A stretch of DNA of 64,000 nt from an uncultured Lachnospiraceae bacterium (GCA_910576895.1 CAJTJZ010000007.1:6700-70699), one strand, 5' to 3'. Positions 9,394 through 19,248 are shown, counted from the first letter of the stretch. Program-made: numbers and translations. The notes: generated by a model not told the origin, from the letters alone.

Positions 9394-9792
9394 TTATTTA
9401 ACAAATAACATATCTACTTTTTGGATATGATGAATAAGCCAATTAACAAGGAAATTTAAAAGTTCTTCAATTGTTTCATTTTGTTCTTCACAGTCATCTT
9501 CAATGGAATCTAAATCAAACTCTAATAATTTATCTTCAAATTGGCGATGCTGTTTGGCGTGTTCTTCAAAATAAGGATAATTAATTTTTTTCTGATAAGC
9601 TTCTTCATGAGAAAAATGTGTTCTGGTATAGTTAATTAATTCTGATATTAAATGTATAATTTGATCAGCTTTATCTTGCAAAATTTCATCATAAAGAAGT
9701 TGATAGGTTTCTTCCGCAAGTTCAAATAATCGTTTATGTTCTTGATCAATAAATTCGATTCCAGTGTAGTATTCTGGTTTCATTTGGTACAT
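9394..9792 (-). CDS. Hemerythrin-like metal-binding protein (bacteriohemerythrin)
   Basis: Start MYQMK follows AAAGGAG. IEFIDQEHKRLFEL, a THFSHEE motif and the 4-helix His/Glu ligand spacing are typical of hemerythrin domains. Confidence 0.8.
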   Translation of the reverse strand: MYQMKPEYYTGIEFIDQEHKRLFELAEETYQLLYDEILQDKADQIIHLISELINYTRTHFSHEEAYQKKINYPYFEEHAKQHRQFEDKLLEFDLDSIEDDCEEQNETIEELLNFLVNWLIHHIQKVDMLFVK

Positions 9793-9872
9793 AACAAATT
9801 CTCCTTTCATAATAAATAAAATATAATATGTATATTTTTATCTACAAAAGTGGATTCAATATCAAAAAATAT

Positions 9873-10322
9873 CTATTTTATTTCATCAAGTTCTGGTAAA
9901 AAACCTCTTCTTCTTGCCTCACCCAAAAGTTTTGGCTGAATTTCTGGATAAGTCCAACTTGTTGGCAATTCATCCAGAATTGTTATTTTTTCGATCTCAC
10001 TATGAAGTTCTTTTTCAAAAGTATGTATATCTGCCAAGAACAGTTTTCCAAAAGTTTCAATTCCATTAAAATTGTTTGGTGCAATTACAGAATAAATGCA
10101 AATAGGAGATATCTCAAAATCGATTGCTCCTGTTTCTTCATAGAGTTCTCTTTTTGCTGTATCAAGAATATCTTCACCTTGTTCTCTATGTCCTCCCGGT
10201 ATTTCTAATGTACTTCTTTCCTTATGTTTGCAGAATACCAATTTTCCCTTATATTTTGCAATAATAACAGCAAACTTTAATAGTGAGTCTTCGACATTAT
10301 CGTAAAAGTTTACTTTAGTCAT
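9873..10322 (-). CDS. NUDIX hydrolase
   Basis: Nudix box GGHREQGEDILDTAKRELYEETG. Confidence 0.85.
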   Translation of the reverse strand: MTKVNFYDNVEDSLLKFAVIIAKYKGKLVFCKHKERSTLEIPGGHREQGEDILDTAKRELYEETGAIDFEISPICIYSVIAPNNFNGIETFGKLFLADIHTFEKELHSEIEKITILDELPTSWTYPEIQPKLLGEARRRGFLPELDEIK

Positions 10323-10393
10323 TTAAAACTCCTTTCTTATAATTGTAAAACTATTAAAATATCATCTACATATTAATAATCTAAAGAGGAAAA

Positions 10394-10558
10394 CTATAAC
10401 AATTTTTGCAATCCGATAACTTCTTCCATAGATAATGAAAGAACACTACTAGCGATTTTTTCTATTGTTAATTTCCCAATTTTTAAAAGATGTAGTGTTG
10501 TTTCTTTTGCAGTCTTCTTTGCCTTTTTTTCAGTATACTCCTTTACAATTGCACACAT
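10394..10558 (-). CDS. 54-aa ORF resembling the C-terminal tail of Rpn/PD-(D/E)XK transposase-like proteins (possible remnant)
   Basis: My own translation, not in the ORF track: MCAIVKEYTEKKAKKTAKETTLHLLKIGKLTIEKIASSVLSLSMEEVIGLQKLL. The pattern LLK.G.L..E.IA....LS.EEV..L recurs in Rpn-family C-termini. There is no convincing RBS. Confidence 0.3.
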   Translation of the reverse strand: MCAIVKEYTEKKAKKTAKETTLHLLKIGKLTIEKIASSVLSLSMEEVIGLQKLL

Positions 10559-10665
10559 AATATCACGTCCTTGCTTGCCATTAGTATTTTCCTTATCTTT
10601 TAAGTTATACCAACTATACCATAATCGAAAGAATAATTCAATATATTCAAAAAATTTAATATTTG

Positions 10666-12930
10666 TTACCTTTCTTTTGTTTCTTCTATTAAGTGGATTG
10701 TTGGAAATTGTATCATGACTTTAAACATGTCGCCATCAATAGTTACATGAAAAGTTCCACCACAGGCGGTAGTAAAGCCTTCGGCAATAGAAAGACCAAG
10801 TCCACTACCTTCTGTTGTACGGTTTTTATCTCCTCTAGCAAATCGTTCTGTAATATCCTCTGCATGAAAATCCATTTCATATCCAGCAATATTTTTGATT
10901 GTAAATAGTAGTTTTTCTTGTTCAGAAATTAAATCAACATAAATTCTTGTACCTTTTAAAGAATATTTTAAAGCATTATCGAAAAGGTTTTGTAAAACTC
11001 GATACATTCGTTCTCCATCTGTAAATACCATAACATTTTTCTGTGATAGATTCTTTTTAATTTTTAATCCAGAAGTATCAATTTGATCTTGCATATCACC
11101 TAATGTTTGTATAATAAGTCGATAAAAATCAATTTCTTTTTTTTCAATTTGTATTTCTCCGCTTGTTGTTTTTGCCAGTTCAAAAACCTCGGAAATAATT
11201 GTTTTTAAACGTTCTGATTTTTTCTTTAAAATTAAGACACAATCTTTTGCTTCCTTTGAAAGATTTTCTTCCATACAAAGCAATTCCACATAACTAATAA
11301 TAGAGGTTAAAGGAGTTTTTAAGTCATGGGATACATTCGTAAGCAGTTCTATTTTCAGTCGCTCTGCATGGATTTGTTTTTCTACGGCTTTTTGGAATCC
11401 ATCGCCAATTTGTACTAATTTTTCAGCATCGGTAAAACAAGGTGACCATTTTGAAATACCAGATGTTTTTAATTGTATATCTTGATAATTTCCCTGCGAT
11501 ACTTTTTCAATCATTTGTTCCAGTTTTGCATAGTCAATCGTATTATAAATACTTCCTAAAAGATAAACGAAAATAAAAATAATAAGCAGAATACAAAAAT
11601 AGAAATAAAAATAATAATTACTATATAAAAAATAAGTAATAATAGCTGCTAAGGTACAAATAATCATAGCAGTGCCAGAAAATAATGTTCGTTTTCGTTC
11701 ACTTTCTGCAATTGCATTTCCTTTTGTTGATCTGCCAGTAAAGAATCCCCAAAAAAGTTTCCATAGATAAGAAAATTTTGTAGTTGCAGAATGAAGGGAA
11801 TACTTTAATTTCCCAGAAATTTCTTTTAGTTGAAATGTATGTTTGCCACTTTCTTTATAATTTTTTATGAAAAGAAATAGGGAAGAACTTTTTATTGTAT
11901 GCTCTCTTGCTTTTATAATAAGTATATGAAGTCCAAGAAAGAGAACAAAAAAACAGCTTGCTAAAAGAAATGCTCCAACAATAATATCAATAAAAAGCTG
12001 TACTGTTCCAACCGATGTTTCCAACATTTCCATATGATTTTGGGAAGCAAAAAGGGAAATTTTTCGTTCATAACAAGAATATAATCCTAAGATGCTAAAT
12101 AATATCATAAGAATTGGCAATTCTAAAAAACATTTTCTAAGACTTGTTGTTAATTTTCCATAAAGAAGCAATTGAGTTCCTGAATAAAAACTAAGGATTC
12201 CACCTAATAAGAGGAAAATAACCATAAAATACATAAAGGATGCATAAACTTGCCAGTTTGTTTCTTTTTCCTGCAAAAGATCTTCAGAATAGCAGATTCC
12301 TATTTTAGAAACATGGTTTGCATTTAAAACAGTTTCGGATACTTTGACTCTTGATTTATCGTAACCTTGATAAATGACAGTAGGATCACTTTCAATATCC
12401 CACCAATAACAATCATAATAAATGTAATTACTGTTTATTAGATTATTTATATTTTCCTGTATTTCTAAATCGAGTAAAGAACAAATATTAGCATCAAAAA
12501 TAATATTACGACTACTTTTAATATTGCTATATATAATCTCTTGTTTTTCTTCTAGTTCTTTTATTTCCTTTCTTTCTCTTATTTTTTTTGGAATACTAAC
12601 ACAATAACCATAATTAACATTGCCTGAGAAAAAGGTAGTATTATTTATCCGAGATGTTTCTGCACGACTCGCAATATTTTCAAAAGCCTTTGCGATTTCT
12701 CTAGCATGGAGATCGGATTCTTTATAACTGCATACAAATGGTTCAATTAAGTCACTATCATGATAGGTAGTCCAAGCAGTATATAATCCAGAACATAATA
12801 ATAGCATTCCAAAAGAAAATAGTACCGTCATAAAAAGCTGCCATCCTATTTGACCTTTTTTTATTTTCTTTTTTTCCTTTTTTTTTGGAAGATTTTCCAT
12901 AGAAACTTCCGTTAATTTTTCTTGTTCCAT
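10666..12930 (-). CDS. Sensor histidine kinase with large multi-TM N-terminal region
   Basis: H-box LTNVSHDLKTPLTSIISY, N-box LQNLFDNALKYS, G-box GSGLGLSIAEGF, and several hydrophobic helices in the N-terminal 480 aa. Confidence 0.9.
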   Translation of the reverse strand: MEQEKLTEVSMENLPKKKEKKKIKKGQIGWQLFMTVLFSFGMLLLCSGLYTAWTTYHDSDLIEPFVCSYKESDLHAREIAKAFENIASRAETSRINNTTFFSGNVNYGYCVSIPKKIRERKEIKELEEKQEIIYSNIKSSRNIIFDANICSLLDLEIQENINNLINSNYIYYDCYWWDIESDPTVIYQGYDKSRVKVSETVLNANHVSKIGICYSEDLLQEKETNWQVYASFMYFMVIFLLLGGILSFYSGTQLLLYGKLTTSLRKCFLELPILMILFSILGLYSCYERKISLFASQNHMEMLETSVGTVQLFIDIIVGAFLLASCFFVLFLGLHILIIKAREHTIKSSSLFLFIKNYKESGKHTFQLKEISGKLKYSLHSATTKFSYLWKLFWGFFTGRSTKGNAIAESERKRTLFSGTAMIICTLAAIITYFLYSNYYFYFYFCILLIIFIFVYLLGSIYNTIDYAKLEQMIEKVSQGNYQDIQLKTSGISKWSPCFTDAEKLVQIGDGFQKAVEKQIHAERLKIELLTNVSHDLKTPLTSIISYVELLCMEENLSKEAKDCVLILKKKSERLKTIISEVFELAKTTSGEIQIEKKEIDFYRLIIQTLGDMQDQIDTSGLKIKKNLSQKNVMVFTDGERMYRVLQNLFDNALKYSLKGTRIYVDLISEQEKLLFTIKNIAGYEMDFHAEDITERFARGDKNRTTEGSGLGLSIAEGFTTACGGTFHVTIDGDMFKVMIQFPTIHLIEETKER

Positions 12931-12983
12931 ATGATAGACTCCTTTTTTTCTAAATTAAGATAAGTGTTGTGTTTATAAATAAA

Positions 12984-13703
12984 TTAATTATGTTCATAAT
13001 TAATAATAGATTCTATTTTATAACCAATTCCCCAGACTACTTTTAAATATTTTGGTTCTTTTGGATTAATTTCAATTTTTTCACGTATTCTTCTAATATG
13101 TACCATAATGGTATTTTCTACACAGTAAGCTTCTTCCTGCCATACACGTTCATAAATTTCTTCAGAGGAATATACTCGTCCCGGATGCTGCATTAATAAT
13201 TCTAAAATTTTAAATTCCTTGGCAGTAAGCTTCACATATTGTCCATCTACCATAATTTTTTTTATTTCTGGATTTAGACGCAATCCGCCAATTACAATGT
13301 TTCCTTGACGACTAGCTGCTTCATAGTCTCCAAGAGACATATAACGCCGAAGCTGTGAATGTACACGTGCAATTAATTCGGCTGGTGAAAATGGCTTTGT
13401 AACATAATCATCTGCACCAAGAGAAAGTCCAAGAACTTTATCTGTTTCTTCTGTTTTTGCTGATAAAATAATAATTGGGATATTTCTTTTTTCCCTGATT
13501 TTCATTGTCGCTGCCAGTCCGTCCATATTTGGCATCATAATATCTAATAAAATTAAATGAATACCTCCAAGCATAAGCTGTTCTACGGCTTCTAGTCCAT
13601 CATAGGCACGTTTGATACAAAAATTTTCCTTTTTTAAAATGCGACAGATTGCCTCTACAATATCACGATCATCATCTACAATTAAAATACATGGCTGTTC
13701 CAT
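12984..13703 (-). CDS. OmpR/PhoB-family response regulator
   Basis: Start MEQPCILIVDDD follows AAGGGGGA. Receiver Asp in LLDIMMPNMDG. The winged-helix C-terminus ends VWGIGYKI. Confidence 0.92.
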   Translation of the reverse strand: MEQPCILIVDDDRDIVEAICRILKKENFCIKRAYDGLEAVEQLMLGGIHLILLDIMMPNMDGLAATMKIREKRNIPIIILSAKTEETDKVLGLSLGADDYVTKPFSPAELIARVHSQLRRYMSLGDYEAASRQGNIVIGGLRLNPEIKKIMVDGQYVKLTAKEFKILELLMQHPGRVYSSEEIYERVWQEEAYCVENTIMVHIRRIREKIEINPKEPKYLKVVWGIGYKIESIINYEHN

Positions 13704-13855
13704 ATTTTTTTCTCCCCCTTTTGACAATATCTGTTTATATTATATAAAATGCTTTCTTATAGTTCATGGCAAAATTCTTAAATATTCCTTAACTTTTATG
13801 TAAATATAACAAGAATTGCAGGTTTTGCCAGCAAATCTAAAATTATTGTCGGAAA

Positions 13856-13903
13856 GAAAAAAAGGAAAGCCATTTAGAAAAAAATATTTTTTCCAATGGC
13901 TTT
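13856..13903 (-). terminator. Rho-independent terminator downstream of the ferritin-like gene
   Basis: On the minus strand, AAAGCCATT-loop-AATGGCTTT is followed by CCTTTTTTT. Confidence 0.7.
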
Positions 13904-13972
13904 GAAAAAGATCTTTATTGAAAAGCACAAAATACCTAATTATTTTTTAATAGAGTTTTTTAAAATTTTGTT

Positions 13973-14521
13973 TTACAGTTCTTTTAATAAAGCATGAAGC
14001 AATATAATATGATATTCTTCATCTTTTATAATTCTTTTTAAAACAGCAGTTACATCACAGTCATTTATCATATTGATATGCATTTCATATTGATGGATGG
14101 CTGCTTTTTCTGACTCAATGCCTGCTAATATCATTTTTTCAGGACTTTGTGGAAGTGTTAAATATTCTGGTGTCCATAGCCTTTTTCTTCCATTACAATA
14201 TTTTGCTGTAAAATCAACATTTCCTCCTAAAAGAAAAATTAATTCTCCTAGTTTTTGTAAATGCATCATTTCAGCCATAGCAATTCCTAAGATCGTTTTT
14301 GCTATAGAACATGATTGACAGGATAGACGGTTCTCATTATTAATATATTGTGTAATTGCACTTAATTCCGATACAGAACCACAATAATCAATGCTAAGCA
14401 GGTTTGCATAAGATAAATTTCTTTCACATACTTGAATAGGTGGATAAGGTAAATCCATCATAAAAGGTCGAATACCTGCAAAGCTACAAGAATTTATAAG
14501 TTTATTTGATGTTCTTTCCAT
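13973..14521 (-). CDS. Ferritin-like/Mn-catalase-superfamily protein (four-helix di-iron type)
   Basis: Paired E..H-type helices (AMAEMMHLQKLGEL, IESEKAAIHQY, IKDEEYHIILL) and a 182-aa length. The subfamily is uncertain. Confidence 0.5.
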   Translation of the reverse strand: MERTSNKLINSCSFAGIRPFMMDLPYPPIQVCERNLSYANLLSIDYCGSVSELSAITQYINNENRLSCQSCSIAKTILGIAMAEMMHLQKLGELIFLLGGNVDFTAKYCNGRKRLWTPEYLTLPQSPEKMILAGIESEKAAIHQYEMHINMINDCDVTAVLKRIIKDEEYHIILLHALLKEL

Positions 14522-14617
14522 AATTCATATCTCCTAAAAACCTTTTTAAGAATAGTATATTAGGACAGGAAAAGAATGTGAATCTTTCTTTGACAGACAA
14601 AAAGTATTTACTTCTAT

Positions 14618-15802
14618 TTATGGTTTTATTGCATTTTTTGACATTTGTATTGATTTAATAATATTCCATACAAGTTCTGGTGTTCCATCAGAATTTATAT
14701 AAATAGAAATAAAATATTGATCCCAAGTAAATCGGATACAGTTTTTTTCTTTCATAGCATTGGTAATCTTTTTCAATGTTAGATTTTTTATATCACCAAT
14801 ACTCTCTAGTTGTTCATAATAATCTGGTTCTCTTGTAATATGAAAAGAAAATCCGGGTAAGTCAGGGGATATATAATTGCCATCAAAAGAACAGGGTTCT
14901 CCATTTTTTAATGTGACGCTTTCATTTTTTTGTTCTGTTTCATATCCTAATTTCGCAATATTTGGAAGATAGCCAGAAAAAGCATCTGGATATTCAGAGA
15001 AATTAACATAAGTATAGTTATCGCCTTTTTCTATTGGAAAATATTGAAAATTAATCGGATGTTCCCAAAACCAATCAAGCAAGATTACCATATCCTCATA
15101 AGAATCATTCCAAGAACCTTCAATTTGATAAAAACCATATTTATTTTGAAAGGTTAGTGTTTTTGTTCTATTTTTATTTCCCTTTGCTATAATTTGTATA
15201 TTGTCCCGTTCTGTAATCGTAGTATTTGGTTCTATGATAATTCCATTTTCATCTACTTCAAAGGTATCACAAACAGGCATTTCAGGTTCTTGATATCCAC
15301 AAGTGACAGAAAGACTACTATAATTATTATCTTCACGACAGTCCCATGTAAAAATAAGACTATATAAGCTGCCATCAGAAAGATAATTTGCAGAGCATAT
15401 AAATTCTTTCTGTTTTTCCATGATAGGAATGATTTGTTTTTCTTCCAGAGTTTTGCGTTCTGAAAAAAAACGTGTTTCTTCATAAGGACTAGGATAATCA
15501 GTATCTATAGATTTTTGTTCCGTAGTAGAGGAATCTATATTGTTATCACTATAGATATCATTATATTTAAAGTAATCCTCTGCACAAAAAGAATCTGCCC
15601 ATTGCTGAATTTTATGCTCTTTTTCTTTGGAAAGAAAAAGAGAAAATGTTCCAATCAAAAGAAAAAAACAGGCTGCCGTTACCGTAATAAAAGCATAGAG
15701 AATCTTTCTTTTAAAATGATACTTTCTTTTTTCTTCATTTGCTGCTTCAATTAAATCATCATCAATAAACATAAGTTTATCTAAAAATTCATAACCTTTC
15801 AT
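14618..15802 (-). CDS. Putative anti-sigma factor / membrane-anchored extracytoplasmic protein
   Basis: Its start overlaps the sigma gene stop by 4 nt. It has the N-terminal MKGYEFLDKLMFIDDDLIEAA motif seen after clostridial ECF sigma genes, one TM helix (ILYAFITVTAACFFLLIGTFSLFL) and a 330-aa external domain. Confidence 0.55.
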   Translation of the reverse strand: MKGYEFLDKLMFIDDDLIEAANEEKRKYHFKRKILYAFITVTAACFFLLIGTFSLFLSKEKEHKIQQWADSFCAEDYFKYNDIYSDNNIDSSTTEQKSIDTDYPSPYEETRFFSERKTLEEKQIIPIMEKQKEFICSANYLSDGSLYSLIFTWDCREDNNYSSLSVTCGYQEPEMPVCDTFEVDENGIIIEPNTTITERDNIQIIAKGNKNRTKTLTFQNKYGFYQIEGSWNDSYEDMVILLDWFWEHPINFQYFPIEKGDNYTYVNFSEYPDAFSGYLPNIAKLGYETEQKNESVTLKNGEPCSFDGNYISPDLPGFSFHITREPDYYEQLESIGDIKNLTLKKITNAMKEKNCIRFTWDQYFISIYINSDGTPELVWNIIKSIQMSKNAIKP

Positions 15803-16365
15803 AATTTATAACCCTCCTTCATTAAGTACTCACGAAGTTCTTTGCGGCATCGGAAAAGCATTGTTTTTACTTTACTTTCACTCAAAGAAAAACAGTTGCA
15901 AATAGATGTAATGGAATCAAAATAAAAATAGCGGCGTAAAAATACATTTCGGCGTTCCTTAGAAAGTGTTCTTAAAAATTGGCTAATAGCTTCTCCAAGA
16001 AGAATTCCATCTATTTCAGTTTCTGTATTCTTAGGATCAGGAATACATTGTTCTATTTCCTCTGTTAATTCCGTAAGAAAAGCATTTCGTTTCTTGCGGC
16101 TTCGTAAGCGGCATACATCTAAGGAAATATGACGTATCAATCTTGCAAGAAATGCAAAAAGATAATCCCTTGGTTCATGTGGTGGTATCTGATTCCATGC
16201 CTCAAAATAAGTATCATTTTCACATTCTTCTGCAGTATCCGGATCTTGTAGAATATTATTTGCAAGACTTTTTAGACGACTGCCAAATTTTTCTTTTGTA
16301 TATTTTAAAGCAGTTTCATCTCGCTTAAGAAATAATTCTACAATTTCTTTATCATTCAAAATCAT
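15799..16365 (-). CDS. ECF-type sigma-70 family RNA polymerase sigma factor
   Basis: About 188 aa with a region 2 (EDTYFEAWNQI) and a region 4 HTH (ICNCFSLSESKVKTMLFRCRKELREYL). Confidence 0.85.
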   Translation of the reverse strand: MILNDKEIVELFLKRDETALKYTKEKFGSRLKSLANNILQDPDTAEECENDTYFEAWNQIPPHEPRDYLFAFLARLIRHISLDVCRLRSRKKRNAFLTELTEEIEQCIPDPKNTETEIDGILLGEAISQFLRTLSKERRNVFLRRYFYFDSITSICNCFSLSESKVKTMLFRCRKELREYLMKEGYKL

Positions 16366-16510
16366 TGCCTCCTTTCTTAATTTATAGAGAAAAAATGTTC
16401 ATATGAAAAGTATATAAAACCCTATCTATTATAGATAGCGATAAAATTCTATGGAAGGTTACAGAAAATAAAAAAATTTTTGTTTTTTTCACAAATAAAC
16501 GTATTAATAT

Positions 16511-16557
16511 AAATAAAAAACATGGTGTTTATAGAAAAGATAAAAATAAACACCATG
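16511..16557 (-). terminator. Rho-independent terminator after dtd
   Basis: On the minus strand, CATGGTGTTTAT-loop-ATAAACACCATG is followed by TTTTTTATTT. Confidence 0.75.
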
Positions 16558-16582
16558 TAAAAATAAGTAGAAAAATAAAAAA

Positions 16583-17044
16583 TTATTTTTTTAAGATTTC
16601 TTCTGAATCTAATAAAATGGTAAAAGGGCCATCATTTAATAAAGATACTTCCATATGTGCACCAAACATTCCATGTGCTATTTTATTTGGCGGCAAGTGT
16701 TTTTTTGCTAAGGAAATAAAGTATTCATATAATTCCTCTGCTTGATCGCTTGCACCTGCATAAGTAAAACTTGGGCGGTTTCCTTTTTTGCAATCAGCAT
16801 AAAGTGTAAATTGGGATATAATTAGTAGTTCTCCGTCAATATCTTGAACCGATAAATTTGTTTTTCCTTCTTGATCAGAAAAAATACGAAGTTTTTTCAT
16901 TTTTTCAAACATTTTTTCTGTAATTTCCTTTGTATCCTCTTTACTAATACCTAAGAAAACTAAAAGTCCACGGCCTATACTGCCAATACAAGTATTGTCA
17001 ACATAAACAGATGCATTTTGAACACATTGTAATAAAAGTTTCAT
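16583..17044 (-). CDS. dtd: D-aminoacyl-tRNA deacylase
   Basis: GRGLLVFLGI, SQFTLYAD, KGNRPSF and FGAHMEVSLLNDGPFT are typical Dtd motifs. Confidence 0.92.
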   Translation of the reverse strand: MKLLLQCVQNASVYVDNTCIGSIGRGLLVFLGISKEDTKEITEKMFEKMKKLRIFSDQEGKTNLSVQDIDGELLIISQFTLYADCKKGNRPSFTYAGASDQAEELYEYFISLAKKHLPPNKIAHGMFGAHMEVSLLNDGPFTILLDSEEILKK

Positions 17045-17075
17045 ACGATTATTTCTCCATTTCTATTTCATATAC

Positions 17076-17202
17076 AGTTCGTGCCGACCGCAGATGTGAC
17101 GCATCCTATTTTTTGTCATGCCCGAATGGGTATGACCTGCCTTGTGCGGTCGTGCACATCATGTTATACTGAGCGGTCATGTTTTTCGACCGTCAGTATA
17201 AT
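17076..17202. repeat. GC-rich two-hairpin intergenic repeat, copy 1
   Basis: It shares a 17-nt left block and a 63-nt right block (62/63 identical) with 42527-42625. Hairpin A pairs 17081-17092 with 17145-17157, and hairpin B pairs 17165-17178 with 17188-17200. Confidence 0.85.
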
Positions 17203-17876
17203 TATCCAAAATCTCGTTTCTTTTGTATTTTAACAGAAATAAAAATTCCTGCAAGAAAAATTAAAACTGCAATAAGAAATACAAGCAGAACGCATTCGAA
17301 GAGATGATTGTTTATCCATGTTAGAAAAGAAAATACAAGGTTTGAATTTGATTCTTCTTGAATTATATCCATAGCAATGCTTCCAAGAATAAAAAGTAAA
17401 AATCCGGGAATCATACGAATCAATCCCATCACTTGTTGGCTTTTTAATTCTCCGACCAGATAAAATATGGTATATTGTATGGAAAGCATAATAAGAGCAG
17501 TAGCTGCCACACCAATATAAAAGATAAGAATCATAGAAGATAGTTCTATATGATTGACAATGCAAACAAGAACTGTGCCAAGTCCTCCAAAAAATAGAGT
17601 AAGTAGCAATAAAGATAAGCCATAAAGGAATCTTCCGAAAACTCTATCTTTTACGGTTGCAGGTAACATTAGCAAAAAGCCATACGTATTTGCTGGATTC
17701 ATAGTAAATGGCGTTGACGATAAAATCATACTTCCAAATACCATATAAAGTGATCCCCAATAAGGATTTTTTTGGGCAAAAGAAAGTATTACAGCAATCA
17801 TAATGAATAACCATATAAGATGCCCTTGCATTTTTGTTATCATTCTATCAATTTGTAAAAAGTAAAGTGCTCTCAT
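17202..17876 (-). CDS. ABC-2 type transporter permease (membrane protein)
   Basis: Six predicted TM helices, downstream of the ABC ATPase gene. The ATG at 17876 follows GGGGAGAG. The ORF-track start at 17894 lacks an RBS. Confidence 0.7.
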   Translation of the reverse strand: MRALYFLQIDRMITKMQGHLIWLFIMIAVILSFAQKNPYWGSLYMVFGSMILSSTPFTMNPANTYGFLLMLPATVKDRVFGRFLYGLSLLLLTLFFGGLGTVLVCIVNHIELSSMILIFYIGVAATALIMLSIQYTIFYLVGELKSQQVMGLIRMIPGFLLFILGSIAMDIIQEESNSNLVFSFLTWINNHLFECVLLVFLIAVLIFLAGIFISVKIQKKRDFG

Positions 17877-17890
17877 AAAAATCTCTCCCC

Positions 17891-18757
17891 TCATTTTTGT
17901 TTGCTTTGAATATCACGAATATAATGAATCACAATTTGATCAATATTTGGTTTTTCCAATATAAAATTTTTTGAAAGCAGCGTTGCCTTATCTGTTGGCA
18001 AGATGGCTTCAAAACCAAATTGATTTTTTTCAATACCAATTAATTCTTTTGTAAGATTTTGATCTATTTCATTCAGATCTCCTTTTACTAAAAGAAAATT
18101 TTCCAAAATTTCATCTTTCATATCATATAAAATCTTTTTTCCATCATTAATAAAAAAGATATAATCTGCAATTTGTTCTAAATCACTTAAAATATGAGTA
18201 GAAAATAAAACGCTTCGTTCTCCGTCTGCAATATATTCTTGCAAAAGCTTTAAAATATCGGCACGCATAACAGTATCAAGTCCATTAGTGGCTTCATCTA
18301 ATATTAATAATTTTGTATCTCTTGCAAAAACAGCAGCAAACATTAATTTAACTTTCATTCCTCTGGAAAAATCTGCAATTTTTTTATTTACTGGTAAATT
18401 CCATTCGGAAACTCTTTGATCAAATTTATCTTTATCAAAATCAGGATAAAAATTTTTTAAAATAGTACGGATTTCCTTTATTTTCATAGTTACTGGAAAA
18501 TAAGAGGAGTCTCCAATATAGCCAATACTTTTTTTATATGCAATTGGATTTTTGCTGCAAGTTTCTCCATTAATCGTGATTGTACCAGAATCACTTTTAC
18601 ACATTCCTGTAATTAAATTTAAAGTAGTTGTCTTTCCAGCTCCATTTTGTCCAATATAACCCATAATATAACCCTTTGGAAGTGTAAAACTAATATCCTT
18701 TAGAGTAAAATCATTGTAGTGTTTGCTGATATTTTCTACTATTAAAATTTCTTCCAT
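17891..18757 (-). CDS. ABC transporter ATP-binding protein
   Basis: Walker A GQNGAGKTT, signature-like FSRGMKVKL, Walker B LLILDEATNGLD. Confidence 0.92.
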   Translation of the reverse strand: MEEILIVENISKHYNDFTLKDISFTLPKGYIMGYIGQNGAGKTTTLNLITGMCKSDSGTITINGETCSKNPIAYKKSIGYIGDSSYFPVTMKIKEIRTILKNFYPDFDKDKFDQRVSEWNLPVNKKIADFSRGMKVKLMFAAVFARDTKLLILDEATNGLDTVMRADILKLLQEYIADGERSVLFSTHILSDLEQIADYIFFINDGKKILYDMKDEILENFLLVKGDLNEIDQNLTKELIGIEKNQFGFEAILPTDKATLLSKNFILEKPNIDQIVIHYIRDIQSKQK

Positions 18758-18781
18758 AGCGTTTGCCCTCCATTTCTTTTT

Positions 18782-19162
18782 TTATGTTTCTTTCTCTTTC
18801 CATAATTGACTGCATATGGTAAGCAGTTCTTGTTCTGACATATGAATTACTTTTGCAGTTTCAATTGCAGTCATTAATCCTGATTCAATGCGTTTTAAAT
18901 ATTGTTCCCGTAAAAAATTATTTTCTACAGAGAGTACTATACTGCCTTTTCCTCGCATAGTTGCAATAAAACCTTCAGTTTCTAAGTCATTGTAGGCTCT
19001 TGTAGTTGTAATAACACTAACACCGATTTCCTTTGCTAATTGCCGAATGGAAGGAAGGATTTCTCCTTCTTTTATTTGTCCATTTAAAATTTGTTCTTTA
19101 ATTTGTTCCTTAATTTGAGCATAAATAGGAAGCTCAGATTGATTGGATAATAGTATTTTCAT
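18782..19162 (-). CDS. GntR-family (YtrA-like, short) transcriptional regulator
   Basis: wHTH LPSIRQLAKEIGVSVITTTRAYNDLETEGFI. At 126 aa and heading an ABC operon, it fits YtrA-type units. Confidence 0.88.
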   Translation of the reverse strand: MKILLSNQSELPIYAQIKEQIKEQILNGQIKEGEILPSIRQLAKEIGVSVITTTRAYNDLETEGFIATMRGKGSIVLSVENNFLREQYLKRIESGLMTAIETAKVIHMSEQELLTICSQLWKEKET

Positions 19163-19200
19163 ATTGATTGATACCTCCGGTTGATATCATTTAAAAGTAT

Positions 19201-19248
19201 ATACTGCATATACTGTATATATTACATTATACACAGTATATGCAGTAT
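19201..19248. promoter_or_regulatory. Perfect 16-nt inverted repeat, candidate GntR/YtrA operator
   Basis: ATACTGCATATACTGT (19201-19216) and ACAGTATATGCAGTAT (19233-19248) are exact reverse complements, 39 nt upstream of the GntR start codon. Confidence 0.6.
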
